A DNA stretch of 64,000 bases from positions 1,024,001-1,088,000 of the forward strand of contig OY970212.1 in assembly GCA_963713925.1 (NCBI GenBank). The letters run 5' to 3'. This document shows positions 38,928-48,408 of the stretch, in pieces; position 1 is the first letter of the stretch; every line of letters starts with the position of its first letter. Source of the stretch: an uncultured bacterium. GTDB taxonomy: Bacteria > Babelota > Babeliae > Babelales > Vermiphilaceae. The notes beneath the pieces are model-generated. The model saw only the letters and a program-made list of their open reading frames with translations, did not search any database and had not been told where the DNA came from. Made by a program: the position numbers and the translations under genes.

Positions 38928-39788
38928 ATGTACAAAAAAAATCTATTTCCGTTGCTCATATTCTTGAGCATAGTTAATTGCTATGGTTCCAATAATCCGC
39001 AATCAATAAATATTTTCAACAATACTGATGAACCGGTTGCAGTAGCGTTTCAACTCCCAGAACATACTGCCGCAAATATTGAATTAAAAAAGATAGACTT
39101 GCTTCAAAATGCATTATATCAAGGCATTTTGAATGATTCCGAAGCAGTAATACGACAAGCTATTTGTGATGGTGCCGACATTAATTTGGAAAAAAACGGC
39201 AAATCGCCACTCTTGTGGGCCACGCATCTGAGAAAAAATGTTGCTCTAAAGACACTCCTTATATTCGGTGCTCGCATGGATAACCGTTGCATCGATGTAA
39301 TAAAAAGTACTCATGACGCAAAGCTTATTCATTTGTTTATTAAATACGGTCAAATTGATATCAATTCACTGAACCTTGACCAAATGCCCATATCTTTTGA
39401 GTCGTTAAAAGCTGAGGATGCTACGGATTTGTTTCGAGAGCTGGCAAATCGTGTTTCAAATATCAATTTGCTCTGGAAATTTGCATTTCCATTGGCGTAT
39501 TGGCATAAATCCAAAGGCGATGAAATCATCAGATTCTTACTCTTTCGCAATGCTGATCCAAATTATGTTTTGCGACAAAGTAACTTAATGACCGCAACGC
39601 CTTTATCGGAAGCCGCTACTAATTATCCAAACATACAAATTGTTAAAATACTTCTAAATGCGGGTGCAAAAGTAAATCAAAAAATTTCTTACGGGAGCAC
39701 TGAAAAAACAATTATTGAAGTTGCATTAATAAGAAATCGAAGTAGTGATATAATTCAAACTCTTCTTGAACATGAAACAACCGCTTAA
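38928..39788 (+). CDS. Secreted ankyrin-repeat protein
   Basis: GADIN, GKSPLLWA, NADPN, TPLSEAA, LLNAGAKVN. Confidence 0.88.
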   Translation: MYKKNLFPLLIFLSIVNCYGSNNPQSINIFNNTDEPVAVAFQLPEHTAANIELKKIDLLQNALYQGILNDSEAVIRQAICDGADINLEKNGKSPLLWATHLRKNVALKTLLIFGARMDNRCIDVIKSTHDAKLIHLFIKYGQIDINSLNLDQMPISFESLKAEDATDLFRELANRVSNINLLWKFAFPLAYWHKSKGDEIIRFLLFRNADPNYVLRQSNLMTATPLSEAATNYPNIQIVKILLNAGAKVNQKISYGSTEKTIIEVALIRNRSSDIIQTLLEHETTA

Positions 39789-39817
39789 CGCGATACAAAT
39801 GGAGGAATAAATAAATC

Positions 39818-41047
39818 ATGAAACATTTTAATTTGATTACGGTCACATTGTTTTTTATAGTGTGGACCACATATCCAAGTTGTAACACGAATTCGTGCAA
39901 CATAACAAGTTGCAACACAGGTTCATCCTCAACAATCGGTAATGCGGCTGACAACACGGATCTAATAGTAGGACAAACAAGAAAAATAAAAATTTATAAC
40001 AATTCAAATCAACAATTGACAGCAACTCACAACGTTCCGGAATATAGTCAAGTATTAATCGAAACGACCAAGCTTCCAGAGCTTCAAACAATACTTCACA
40101 GCGGAATTTTGAACAATTCCGCTCAAGAAATTTTGGATGCAGTCAAGCTGGGTGCAAATGTCAATCTTGAAATCGATGGTAAGCTGCCTATCTTCATTGC
40201 AATATCATTAAAAAAGATAAATGCCATTGAAGTCTTGAAAAAGATCGGCGCCGTCATTCCATCTCTCGATAATATGATGTACCGTGCAATTATTAATGAT
40301 AATCCCGATCAAATTCGTTATGCAGTGAATTCCGGAGCAAATGTCAATTCGCTTGGTAAAGCCATACCTTGGGCAAAAAATAATGCCATAGTTGCTTTGC
40401 TTGAGTGCGGGGCCGTCCCTTCATTTGATCACGTGGAGCAGTCCATCAAAGTTGGGGATATAAAATCGGCTCTTTTACTGCTGAAAAATTTACCCAAACA
40501 TGCACGCGACTCGAGAAAGTTCAAACAAAACATTCTTCACAGCAAAGATATTTTTCAATATGTAGTAAGCGAACTTGATCCATTCGCTATATTTGAATTA
40601 CAGTTGGAATTCTTGCAACTTCTCATCGATTATGGATACAACATCAACGGGTCATCTTACACGAATCCTTCAATTTATAGCGATCAATCCCCTGCAAGCG
40701 CTTGGGTTAACGCAATAGAAAGCCCTTTTTATTCGGATAAAATCCTCGAGCTTCTCATGAAAAATGGGGCTAATCCTAATCAATGCATTTATGACGGTGG
40801 TACTATTTGGCATCCGTTATTTATAGCTATCCAAAGCAATAATACGAGGGCCGTAAAGTTTCTCTTAAACGCGGGAGCTGACATAAACTTAATTGGGGGT
40901 CCATCTGTGCGTGGTAACGCTCGTTCAACAAGCACTTCGAAACAAAACCCATTAGGTTATGCTCAGGCATTAAAAAACTATCATGGCCAACAAAATGACG
41001 AGATCATCAATATTTTATCAAGACACAAACCTCTATTTACTCGTTAA
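39818..41047 (+). CDS. Secreted ankyrin-repeat protein
   Basis: Multiple GANVN/GANPN/GADIN repeats; HPLFIAI. Confidence 0.88.
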   Translation: MKHFNLITVTLFFIVWTTYPSCNTNSCNITSCNTGSSSTIGNAADNTDLIVGQTRKIKIYNNSNQQLTATHNVPEYSQVLIETTKLPELQTILHSGILNNSAQEILDAVKLGANVNLEIDGKLPIFIAISLKKINAIEVLKKIGAVIPSLDNMMYRAIINDNPDQIRYAVNSGANVNSLGKAIPWAKNNAIVALLECGAVPSFDHVEQSIKVGDIKSALLLLKNLPKHARDSRKFKQNILHSKDIFQYVVSELDPFAIFELQLEFLQLLIDYGYNINGSSYTNPSIYSDQSPASAWVNAIESPFYSDKILELLMKNGANPNQCIYDGGTIWHPLFIAIQSNNTRAVKFLLNAGADINLIGGPSVRGNARSTSTSKQNPLGYAQALKNYHGQQNDEIINILSRHKPLFTR

Positions 41048-41060
41048 AAATCAATCTTAC

Positions 41061-41088
41061 AAAGCCGGAATTAACTCCGGCTTTTTTA
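41061..41088 (+). terminator. Intrinsic terminator
   Basis: AAAGCCGGA-ATTAAC-TCCGGCTTTTTT. Confidence 0.75.
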
Positions 41089-41166
41089 TTACCCGAATAT
41101 GAATTTTTGTGATATTATTAAAGATGAAAAACACCTTATTGATAATCACAAAATAATTCTACATCT

Positions 41167-42633
41167 ATGCAAAAAACCGTCATCTATGCCCGAGTATCAT
41201 CTCGAGACCAAGAAATTGAAGGCTTTTCAATCCCCGCTCAACTTAAAATCATGCATGAATATGCATCAAAGAATCATCTCACAATTGCGCAAGAATTTAC
41301 TGATGTTGAAACAGCAAAAAAGGCTGGACGCACTCAATTCACCAAAATGCTCACATTCCTAGAACAGAACCCTACCGTTAAGCACATATTAGTAGAAAAG
41401 ACAGATCGCTTATTACGTAACATTGCTGATTACGCGCTCATTGATCGTTTGATTGAATATTCCGACACCAAGATTCACCTGGTCAAAGAAAATGTAATTT
41501 TGAGCAAAGATTCGCGCTCAAATGAAAAGTTCATTTTCGGCATAAAAGCCCTCATGGCAAAGAATTATGTCGATAATCTTTCGGAAGAAGTCCGCAAAGG
41601 GATGATCGAAAAAGCCTCACAAGGCACCTTTCCCTCAAACGCACCCTTTGGTTATGTAAATGCTCGTGAAGGCGATAAAAAAACAATTGCAATTGATCCA
41701 AAAGCAGCACCCTTCATTAAAAGAATGTTTGAGTTGTACGCAACAGGAAGCCACTCACTAAAGACTTTAAGAAAAAAAATTCTTGATGAAGGTCTTGTGT
41801 ATCGTAGCGGCAAACATTTCTATGTCAGCACCTTAGAAACCATTCTCAAAAATGAATTCTACACCGGCATGTTTATGTGGCGGGGGAAACGATACGAGAA
41901 TGCTTCTCACGAACCAATAATTAGCAAAGCACTTTATCATCAGGTACAGGATATGCTCAGACATCCCAAAAAAGATAAATCAAAAAAAGGTCTTTTTACC
42001 TACACAAACTTGATCAGGTGCGGAGTATGCGGATGCAAACTCACTGCCGAACTCAAGAAAGGTAAATACATCTACTACCATTGCACAGGGCAAAAGGGTT
42101 ATTGCATGCAATCCTACCTGCGCCAAGAAACAATCGATGAGCACTTTGAACAGTTATTGGCTTCGATTCAAATTGATGAAGCAACTCAGATGATGGTATT
42201 AAAGGGTCTGCGCGAAAGCATGCAAGACAAAATTGAATATCATAACAACCTTGCATCACAGCTCGAGCAACAAATAAAGGTAATTCAGAGACGTATTGAC
42301 CAGGCGTATCTTGATAAGCTTGACGGAAAAATTAGTGAAGACTTTTGGCAGGAAAGAACAAGAAAATGGTCTTCTGAAAAAGATGATCTTTATATAAAAT
42401 TACTCGCTCTTCAAAAAGCTGACTTACACTACCTTGAAAATGCGTCACTCGCCATAGAACTCTCCAATAAAGCGTCTAGCATGTTCAAAGGCCAAAGCAG
42501 TGAGCAAAAAAAGCGACTGTTGAATTTATTAATTGGGAACTGCACCTACAAAGACGAAAAGATCGATGCAGAGCTGAAACCGATCTTCTACTCTATTTTC
42601 AAATTGTCAAAATCTGGAAAATGGTGGAGCTGA
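41167..42633 (+). CDS. Large serine recombinase (integrase)
   Basis: YARVSS catalytic Ser, DRLLR, APFGY, HEPIIS, zinc ribbon CGVCG/YYHC, coiled coil; last codons lie within the tRNA. Confidence 0.95.
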   Translation: MQKTVIYARVSSRDQEIEGFSIPAQLKIMHEYASKNHLTIAQEFTDVETAKKAGRTQFTKMLTFLEQNPTVKHILVEKTDRLLRNIADYALIDRLIEYSDTKIHLVKENVILSKDSRSNEKFIFGIKALMAKNYVDNLSEEVRKGMIEKASQGTFPSNAPFGYVNAREGDKKTIAIDPKAAPFIKRMFELYATGSHSLKTLRKKILDEGLVYRSGKHFYVSTLETILKNEFYTGMFMWRGKRYENASHEPIISKALYHQVQDMLRHPKKDKSKKGLFTYTNLIRCGVCGCKLTAELKKGKYIYYHCTGQKGYCMQSYLRQETIDEHFEQLLASIQIDEATQMMVLKGLRESMQDKIEYHNNLASQLEQQIKVIQRRIDQAYLDKLDGKISEDFWQERTRKWSSEKDDLYIKLLALQKADLHYLENASLAIELSNKASSMFKGQSSEQKKRLLNLLIGNCTYKDEKIDAELKPIFYSIFKLSKSGKWWS

Positions 42634-42697
42634 CCGGAATCGAACCGGTGACCTCATGAATGCCATCCATGCGCTCTACCAATTGAGCTACAGCCCC
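42622..42697 (-). tRNA. tRNA-Ala(GGC)
   Basis: GGGGCTGTAGCTCAATTGGTAGAGCG CATGG AT GGC AT TCATG...GGTTCGATTCC...CTCCACCA; 76 nt with G3:U70. Confidence 0.97.
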
Positions 42698-42824
42698 AAA
42701 AAAAAGAATAGATGAAATTATGATAAATATTTCTTCAAAAAATGCAATGATAATCCCATTGAATAAGGATTGACACGTATGAATTATAAATGATACTATC
42801 TGCGATAAGAATGAAAGGACCATA

Positions 42825-43298
42825 ATGAAAATATATATGATGCTCTTCGGATTCTCTTTATCATGTTTTGCTGCAGATACATCTTCAGTTGTAATTTGCA
42901 ACGATATTCTCCAACCTTATATATACAAAGTTTCTCCACAATGTGATTGGGAAGAGGAAGGAGATTATGCTTGTTTGATGAAAGAAGATATGCAACGCTT
43001 TCCTTTCTTTGGTACAGTTGTCGTTCCCCAATATTGGTATGTAGGATTCCAGCGAGTCAATGATCATGACTACCCCTTCTGTCGACAGGAAGCAGGATGC
43101 GGTACATTTTTTGTAAAACAGGCTTCTTCTTCAAATCAAACTAACGAAATTAAACTTTCTGCTCTTTTAAACGTTGCCATGGATGGGCTCTATGTCCATG
43201 ATACTACTACATGGGAATCATGGTGGAAAGGTTATAAACCCGATCCTACAGAAATAATACGAATACGCCCAATTATTTTTGGCGAAAAACTCAGATAA
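42825..43298 (+). CDS. Hypothetical secreted protein
   Basis: AAAGGA Shine-Dalgarno, signal peptide. Confidence 0.7.
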   Translation: MKIYMMLFGFSLSCFAADTSSVVICNDILQPYIYKVSPQCDWEEEGDYACLMKEDMQRFPFFGTVVVPQYWYVGFQRVNDHDYPFCRQEAGCGTFFVKQASSSNQTNEIKLSALLNVAMDGLYVHDTTTWESWWKGYKPDPTEIIRIRPIIFGEKLR

Positions 43299-43427
43299 TC
43301 TCGCATTGTAAGAAAATGTATGAGGGATAAGTTTTCCACAACTTATCCCTCAATTTTTTTGGTCGATTCTTTCGTTTCAAACGAGTATACTAAATTTCCA
43401 CTATTTTCATTTATCTTGGAGATTCTC

Positions 43428-45134
43428 ATGAATTTTATATCATCATTTCTCATGCTGTTGTTTGCGACAGCATATACGCACTGCACCATCGATTTTACTT
43501 CATCTGCGAAAGCCGACAGCTCTGAACTTTGCATCGAAGCGCACATTGCAAACGATATGCTCTATCAAGAATATTTGAATTTTTCGATCAATGATCCGAA
43601 TGTTTCCATCACCTCGTGGAAAGCAGACAATGCGCCCCAAGCACATTTTGATACAACGTTCAAAGAAAAAAAATCATTCTATGACGCTGACACAACATTC
43701 CGTTTACAAACCTCAGGTGCGCTTGAACCGGACACGAATATAACAATCACCTACATGGGTGCGCACACAAAATCGCTCGCTCAAAAAACGGTCAAGTTGC
43801 AATCGATACATGCCGAGCAACAAATCGAAACGATGGTGGAAGCCGATACAGAAATTCAAGCAGCTGCTCCTGAACAATCTACGTGTGCAGCACCAATCGC
43901 ACAGAAAAAATCATGGTCTGATACAATTTCAGGTGCCATTCTTGCAACTGATTCTCTGCTCATTAAAATTTTGCTCGTGATTTTACTCGGCATTTTCATG
44001 AGCCTCACGCCCTGCATTTATCCGATGATTCCGATTACTGCCGGCATTCTGCAATCACAAGGCGGCACATCGTTGCTGCGCAATTTTTTCTTGGCATTTT
44101 GCTACACACTCGGCATCGCACTCACTTTTGCAGCCCTTGGTTTGAGCGCAGCATACACCGGACAAGTGTTTGGATCACTAATGGCAAATCCGATCATCAT
44201 TGTGTGTATCGTTGCGTTACTCGTGTATCTTGCACTTTCCATGATGGGCGTGTATGAAATGTATATTCCCAAAATCATGCAGCCAAAGCATCAAGCGGTC
44301 AAAAAAGGTTCTGCACTATCGGCATTTCTTTTTGGAGCGGCAAGCGGAACATTTGCATCCCCCTGCCTTTCTCCGGGGTTGGTGTTGTTGCTGAGCATCG
44401 TAACTTCCATGCAAAACACTTTTCTTGGATTCTCGCTTTTGTTTGCCTTCGGGGTTGGAATTAGCATCCCACTTCTTTTGATTGGAACATTTTCAAGCTC
44501 GCTCAATATGCTTCCGCGCGCCGGCATGTGGATGGTTGAGATCAAACGTGTGTTCGGGTTTATTATGCTTGCAATGGCGGTTTACTTCTTAAAACCGTTA
44601 GCTCCCGATTACATACTCTCCTGGCTCCTAACGGCGGTTATTGCCGCATGCGGATTCTATTATCTCTATCGCAGCAGCAAACAGCCAAATACATTCAATA
44701 CGATTGTTGCCATCATAGCACTCAGCATTGCCGGGCTCTATGGACTATGGTCATACAATCAAACAAAACAGCTCGGTTGTCATGCGCCGTTGTGGGTTTC
44801 AGATTATCAAGATGCGATCAACGAGGCACAGAAAGAAGGCAAAAAATTGTTTGTCGATGTCGGCGCACCGTATTGTTCGATTTGCAAAGCAATCGACAAA
44901 ACGCTATTATCAGATCCGGAAGTGATAAAAACATTGTGCGAGTATTACATCTGCATCAAGCTCGACGGCTCACTTGAATGTAACAAAGAGTTTAACTCCT
45001 TCTACAACATCAAAGGATTCCCTGCGATTTTTGTCATCGATCCGAGTTCGCGTGGTGTGTTGCTTCGATGGGGTTCAGAATTGTATAAAACAGACAAGAA
45101 AGAATTTATTAACCAGCTGATTGCTGCAGCGTAA
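43428..45134 (+). CDS. dsbD: Thiol:disulfide interchange protein DsbD-like
   Basis: SLTPCIYPMIP, SPC, LPRAGMWM, C-terminal thioredoxin CSIC. Confidence 0.9.
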   Translation: MNFISSFLMLLFATAYTHCTIDFTSSAKADSSELCIEAHIANDMLYQEYLNFSINDPNVSITSWKADNAPQAHFDTTFKEKKSFYDADTTFRLQTSGALEPDTNITITYMGAHTKSLAQKTVKLQSIHAEQQIETMVEADTEIQAAAPEQSTCAAPIAQKKSWSDTISGAILATDSLLIKILLVILLGIFMSLTPCIYPMIPITAGILQSQGGTSLLRNFFLAFCYTLGIALTFAALGLSAAYTGQVFGSLMANPIIIVCIVALLVYLALSMMGVYEMYIPKIMQPKHQAVKKGSALSAFLFGAASGTFASPCLSPGLVLLLSIVTSMQNTFLGFSLLFAFGVGISIPLLLIGTFSSSLNMLPRAGMWMVEIKRVFGFIMLAMAVYFLKPLAPDYILSWLLTAVIAACGFYYLYRSSKQPNTFNTIVAIIALSIAGLYGLWSYNQTKQLGCHAPLWVSDYQDAINEAQKEGKKLFVDVGAPYCSICKAIDKTLLSDPEVIKTLCEYYICIKLDGSLECNKEFNSFYNIKGFPAIFVIDPSSRGVLLRWGSELYKTDKKEFINQLIAAA

Positions 45135-45209
45135 AAAGTTAAAGCATGGCACTGTAATAAGAAGGCTCGCACAATTGCAAGCCTTCTTATGTATCAAAAT
45201 GAAATGAAG

Positions 45210-45605
45210 CTAATTTTGTTTCTGTTGCTCGCGAAACTCGATAATTTGAATCAATTTATTGGAATAATGTAACTCATCGGACCAGGGCATAAAACTTGCT
45301 TGCTTGGCTCGTATGTCATAGACCAATTTATCATAATCATATTCGGCACCGTGCGACAAGGCCATTCTAAAAATATGCAGGTTCGGAGTCAAAGCGGCCT
45401 GTTCTAAGATATGATTTTTATAAAGCTGAGGAATGCTCGGTTTTCTTTCAAGCAATTCTTCCAACCGCCCCGTATTTCGCTGATATTGCATCACGACAAC
45501 AGCATCTACCACTTCTTTCATCAATAACTGAGCGTTATCTCCTCCATCTCCCGCATAACAAGCCGACATCGACAAGCTAGCTAAAACAGCTAATATCTTT
45601 TTCAT
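45210..45605 (-). CDS. Hypothetical secreted protein
   Basis: Signal peptide; weak ankyrin-like LSHGA. Confidence 0.65.
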   Translation of the reverse strand: MKKILAVLASLSMSACYAGDGGDNAQLLMKEVVDAVVVMQYQRNTGRLEELLERKPSIPQLYKNHILEQAALTPNLHIFRMALSHGAEYDYDKLVYDIRAKQASFMPWSDELHYSNKLIQIIEFREQQKQN

Positions 45606-45871
45606 GAAAAACCTTCAATTTGGACAAAATGTAAAAACAACTCAATGGCATTTTTTACAATATACAATATTATAGAGAGGTCGTCGATGGATTTATGGTC
45701 AAGGAGCATGCATGCCACATCAAGAACATTTGAATAAGTTACATTCGAGTCTCGAAAATGATGGTTCTTCGCAATATAAAAAAGGTATCATGGCGTGCAT
45801 TTTTGCATTGACACGATTATTATGATGCGCTAACATAGGCCCGCTTACATAATCTCAAACAGGAGCCATTT

Positions 45872-46465
45872 ATGATTAAATATTCACTCGCCATATTTGC
45901 CGTATACGCCATGGTTGTCAACGGTGGTGATGGACAAGAAACGTCCCTCTCTACGGCCTTTGATACTGTTATTCAATATACAATGCCTCATTGCAAGTAT
46001 CCCGTTAAGGAGATCTTTGGTTTATCACACAAACCGTTGCAGATAGAACTTCCTAATTATTATTCACCCAAAACACCTCAATTATCCTGCGCACTCCGAT
46101 TTTTTTATTCTCGATGCAATCAGTCTCTTGATATACGATCGATAGAAAATGTCGTAAGTGATCTTGCACCTGTAGCACTACCTGCATTAGAGCAGAAGCC
46201 TGTTCTTGTTTCGCCACTGTTTCTCAAGGATGGGTATGATGCCACTCCTTCGGACTATTATTTTTTTGAAACACCAAGCCACAATGCTCTATTACCCGTC
46301 ATAAGCCGATTTCAAAATAAATTCGAAGATGAGTATGCTCGAGTAGCAAAAGAATTGATTGGCGCCCTCATTAAACCTGATATTATTGAGGATGGAACTC
46401 AAAGCGTTGACCTGACTCTCATTCTTCCGGATATTCAGAAGCAAATCAAAAGACTACTAAAATAA
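45872..46465 (+). CDS. Hypothetical secreted protein
   Basis: AGGAG Shine-Dalgarno, signal peptide. Confidence 0.65.
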   Translation: MIKYSLAIFAVYAMVVNGGDGQETSLSTAFDTVIQYTMPHCKYPVKEIFGLSHKPLQIELPNYYSPKTPQLSCALRFFYSRCNQSLDIRSIENVVSDLAPVALPALEQKPVLVSPLFLKDGYDATPSDYYFFETPSHNALLPVISRFQNKFEDEYARVAKELIGALIKPDIIEDGTQSVDLTLILPDIQKQIKRLLK

Positions 46466-46472
46466 TTGAGCT

Positions 46473-46504
46473 AAAAAAGGCCCGCGATTTTTGCGGGCCT
46501 TTTT
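46473..46504. terminator. Bidirectional intrinsic terminator
   Basis: AAAAAAGGCCCGC...GCGGGCCTTTT between convergent genes. Confidence 0.8.
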
Positions 46505-46506
46505 CT

Positions 46507-46884
46507 TTAATCTTTAAAATTCTTGGTCCAATCGGGATTGCGCGCTTTGCGATCATCAACGCGCTCTTTTTTTTCTCTGTGTAGTTTTTCATACACTTCA
46601 TCAATCACATGACCAAGCAGTTTATAAAAATCGCTATCTTCTTTTTTGACATACACCTCATAGTGCGGGGTTTTCACCTGCAGTGCAATCTGATGATGTG
46701 GAAATGTCTTTGAACGATCTTGTGGATGCAAATGCGAAGCTTCCATCATTAAATCAAGATATGCTGGCGATGGGCCGTCAGCTATAAAATCGATCACTTT
46801 TTGAAGTTGTTTTTTCACATTCCGCTCAATATCTTCGGAATGTTCCATGTGTAAATATGCAATACGAATTATCGGCTCATTCAT
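46507..46884 (-). CDS. HPF/RaiA ribosome-associated protein
   Basis: IAYLHMEHSEDIE...DFYKLL..VID...KL pattern. Confidence 0.75.
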   Translation of the reverse strand: MNEPIIRIAYLHMEHSEDIERNVKKQLQKVIDFIADGPSPAYLDLMMEASHLHPQDRSKTFPHHQIALQVKTPHYEVYVKKEDSDFYKLLGHVIDEVYEKLHREKKERVDDRKARNPDWTKNFKD

Positions 46885-47088
46885 ACAAAACTCCCAAAAA
46901 CGCTACCCCACGATCTGCGACTTCGAAGTTCATCCGGAAGACCTGTTCCTCATGGGGGCCCGATTAACAAGGCTTTTTTTCAAAAAAATAGACTGAAACC
47001 ATCTTATGTAAATCCTACACTATGAGTATCAGTATATCTATATTTTTGATGAACCTATGCGTTTTTTATTTTAAAAAAACACGGTATT

Positions 47089-48408
47089 TTATGATCTCTT
47101 TTTCAAGACAAACTTAACCGGAGCGCTTTTTAGATCGTACTGTTCACGCAAAATGTTTTCAAAGAATTGTAACTGGCTTTCACCAAACCAATCCGGCACG
47201 TTTACCGTCAACAAAAGCGTAGTAGGGGCCATTGCGATCTGGCGTACGTCATATAAAACAAGTAGATTTTCTTTATGATACAATGGACGCTTTTCAAGAT
47301 GACCACGGAGTAAAATAGTGAGCTCGTGCTCATTGAATTGTTGGCTGTAGCGATTCCACACTTTCTGAATGAGGGGAAATATTTTGCCGACATTCTTACC
47401 CGTTTTGCATGAAATGTTGAGCTGCTCAATTTTTCTCAGTAAGAAATCATATCGGTCTTTGCTGACGCCAAGTTGTGAGTCGGTATGCTCAGTCACCAAA
47501 TCTTGTTTATTGTAGAGAATAATAAGCGCTTTATAATTTTCTTGGAACGCATAGAATGCGAGCTTCAGCTCTTGGTCTGCAAGTGTTCCTTCACTTGCAT
47601 CAACAAGCAACAAAATAATCTCTGCTCGCTCAAGTGCGCGAAGCGAACTTTTGACCATCAAACTCTCAAGCGGTTCATGCACCGATTTTTGTTTACGCAC
47701 ACCAGGTGTGTCGGTCAACAAAATATCTTCTTGATAGAAGGTCACTTTTTGCGAAACCGGCTCGCGCGTTGTCCCTGCAATTGGGGAGACAATTGCGCGC
47801 TCCTGATCAACAAGGCTATTGAGCAATGATGATTTTCCAACGTTTGGTTTGCCGAGCAATACAACTCGAAAACGAGGTTCTTGTGTTTCCGCAATCGGTG
47901 TATGTTCAGGCAAGAGATCCACAATTAATTCAAGCAGATCAGCAATGCCCGTGCCATGCTGCGCGGAGATGAGCACTTTGTTTTTGAATCCGAGTTTATC
48001 AAACTCGAACATATGTTCTTGCACAGCTTTTGTATCAGCTTTATTGATAACTGCAATCACTTTTTTTCCTGCCTTGAAGAGCAGTTTCGCTATATCGCGA
48101 TCTTGATTGACCAGCCCGGCTTTTCCATCAAGCACAAATAACACGACTTCTGCAGCCTCAAGCATGGAAATCGCTTTTTGTCTGACCGCTTCAAGGATAA
48201 CATCCTGCGTCTTTGCAAAGCTCACACCGCCCGTGTCTACCAGTTCAAAATCTTTTCCCTTCCACGCAATTTCTTCTGAAATAAAATCGCGGGTGACTCC
48301 TTCATAATCAAGAGTCATTGTTTTGACTGATTCTGATAAGCGATTAAAGAGCGTTGATTTGCCGACGTTCATACGGCCGACGAGTACAACTTTTGGTAAT
48401 TTTTTCAT
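47089..48408 (-). CDS. der: Ribosome biogenesis GTPase Der
   Basis: Two G domains (GRMNVGKS, GKPNVGKS; DTGG, DTPG; NKAD, NKQD). Confidence 0.97.
   Translation of the reverse strand: MKKLPKVVLVGRMNVGKSTLFNRLSESVKTMTLDYEGVTRDFISEEIAWKGKDFELVDTGGVSFAKTQDVILEAVRQKAISMLEAAEVVLFVLDGKAGLVNQDRDIAKLLFKAGKKVIAVINKADTKAVQEHMFEFDKLGFKNKVLISAQHGTGIADLLELIVDLLPEHTPIAETQEPRFRVVLLGKPNVGKSSLLNSLVDQERAIVSPIAGTTREPVSQKVTFYQEDILLTDTPGVRKQKSVHEPLESLMVKSSLRALERAEIILLLVDASEGTLADQELKLAFYAFQENYKALIILYNKQDLVTEHTDSQLGVSKDRYDFLLRKIEQLNISCKTGKNVGKIFPLIQKVWNRYSQQFNEHELTILLRGHLEKRPLYHKENLLVLYDVRQIAMAPTTLLLTVNVPDWFGESQLQFFENILREQYDLKSAPVKFVLKKRS

Larger units (their letters stand above)
28490..42628. mobile_element. Integrative replicative element (large serine recombinase, primase, SF3 helicase) at tRNA-Ala
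   Basis: TGGTGGA direct repeat at 28490-28496 and 42622-42628; recombinase overlaps the tRNA 3' end; replication module inside. Confidence 0.8.

Noticed and set aside
28490..42628. Complete prophage or ICE
   Set aside because: No recognisable terminase, capsid, tail, relaxase or type IV secretion genes.
42599..42901. 100-aa minus-strand ORF
   Set aside because: It reads through tRNA-Ala and the antisense of neighbouring genes; spurious.
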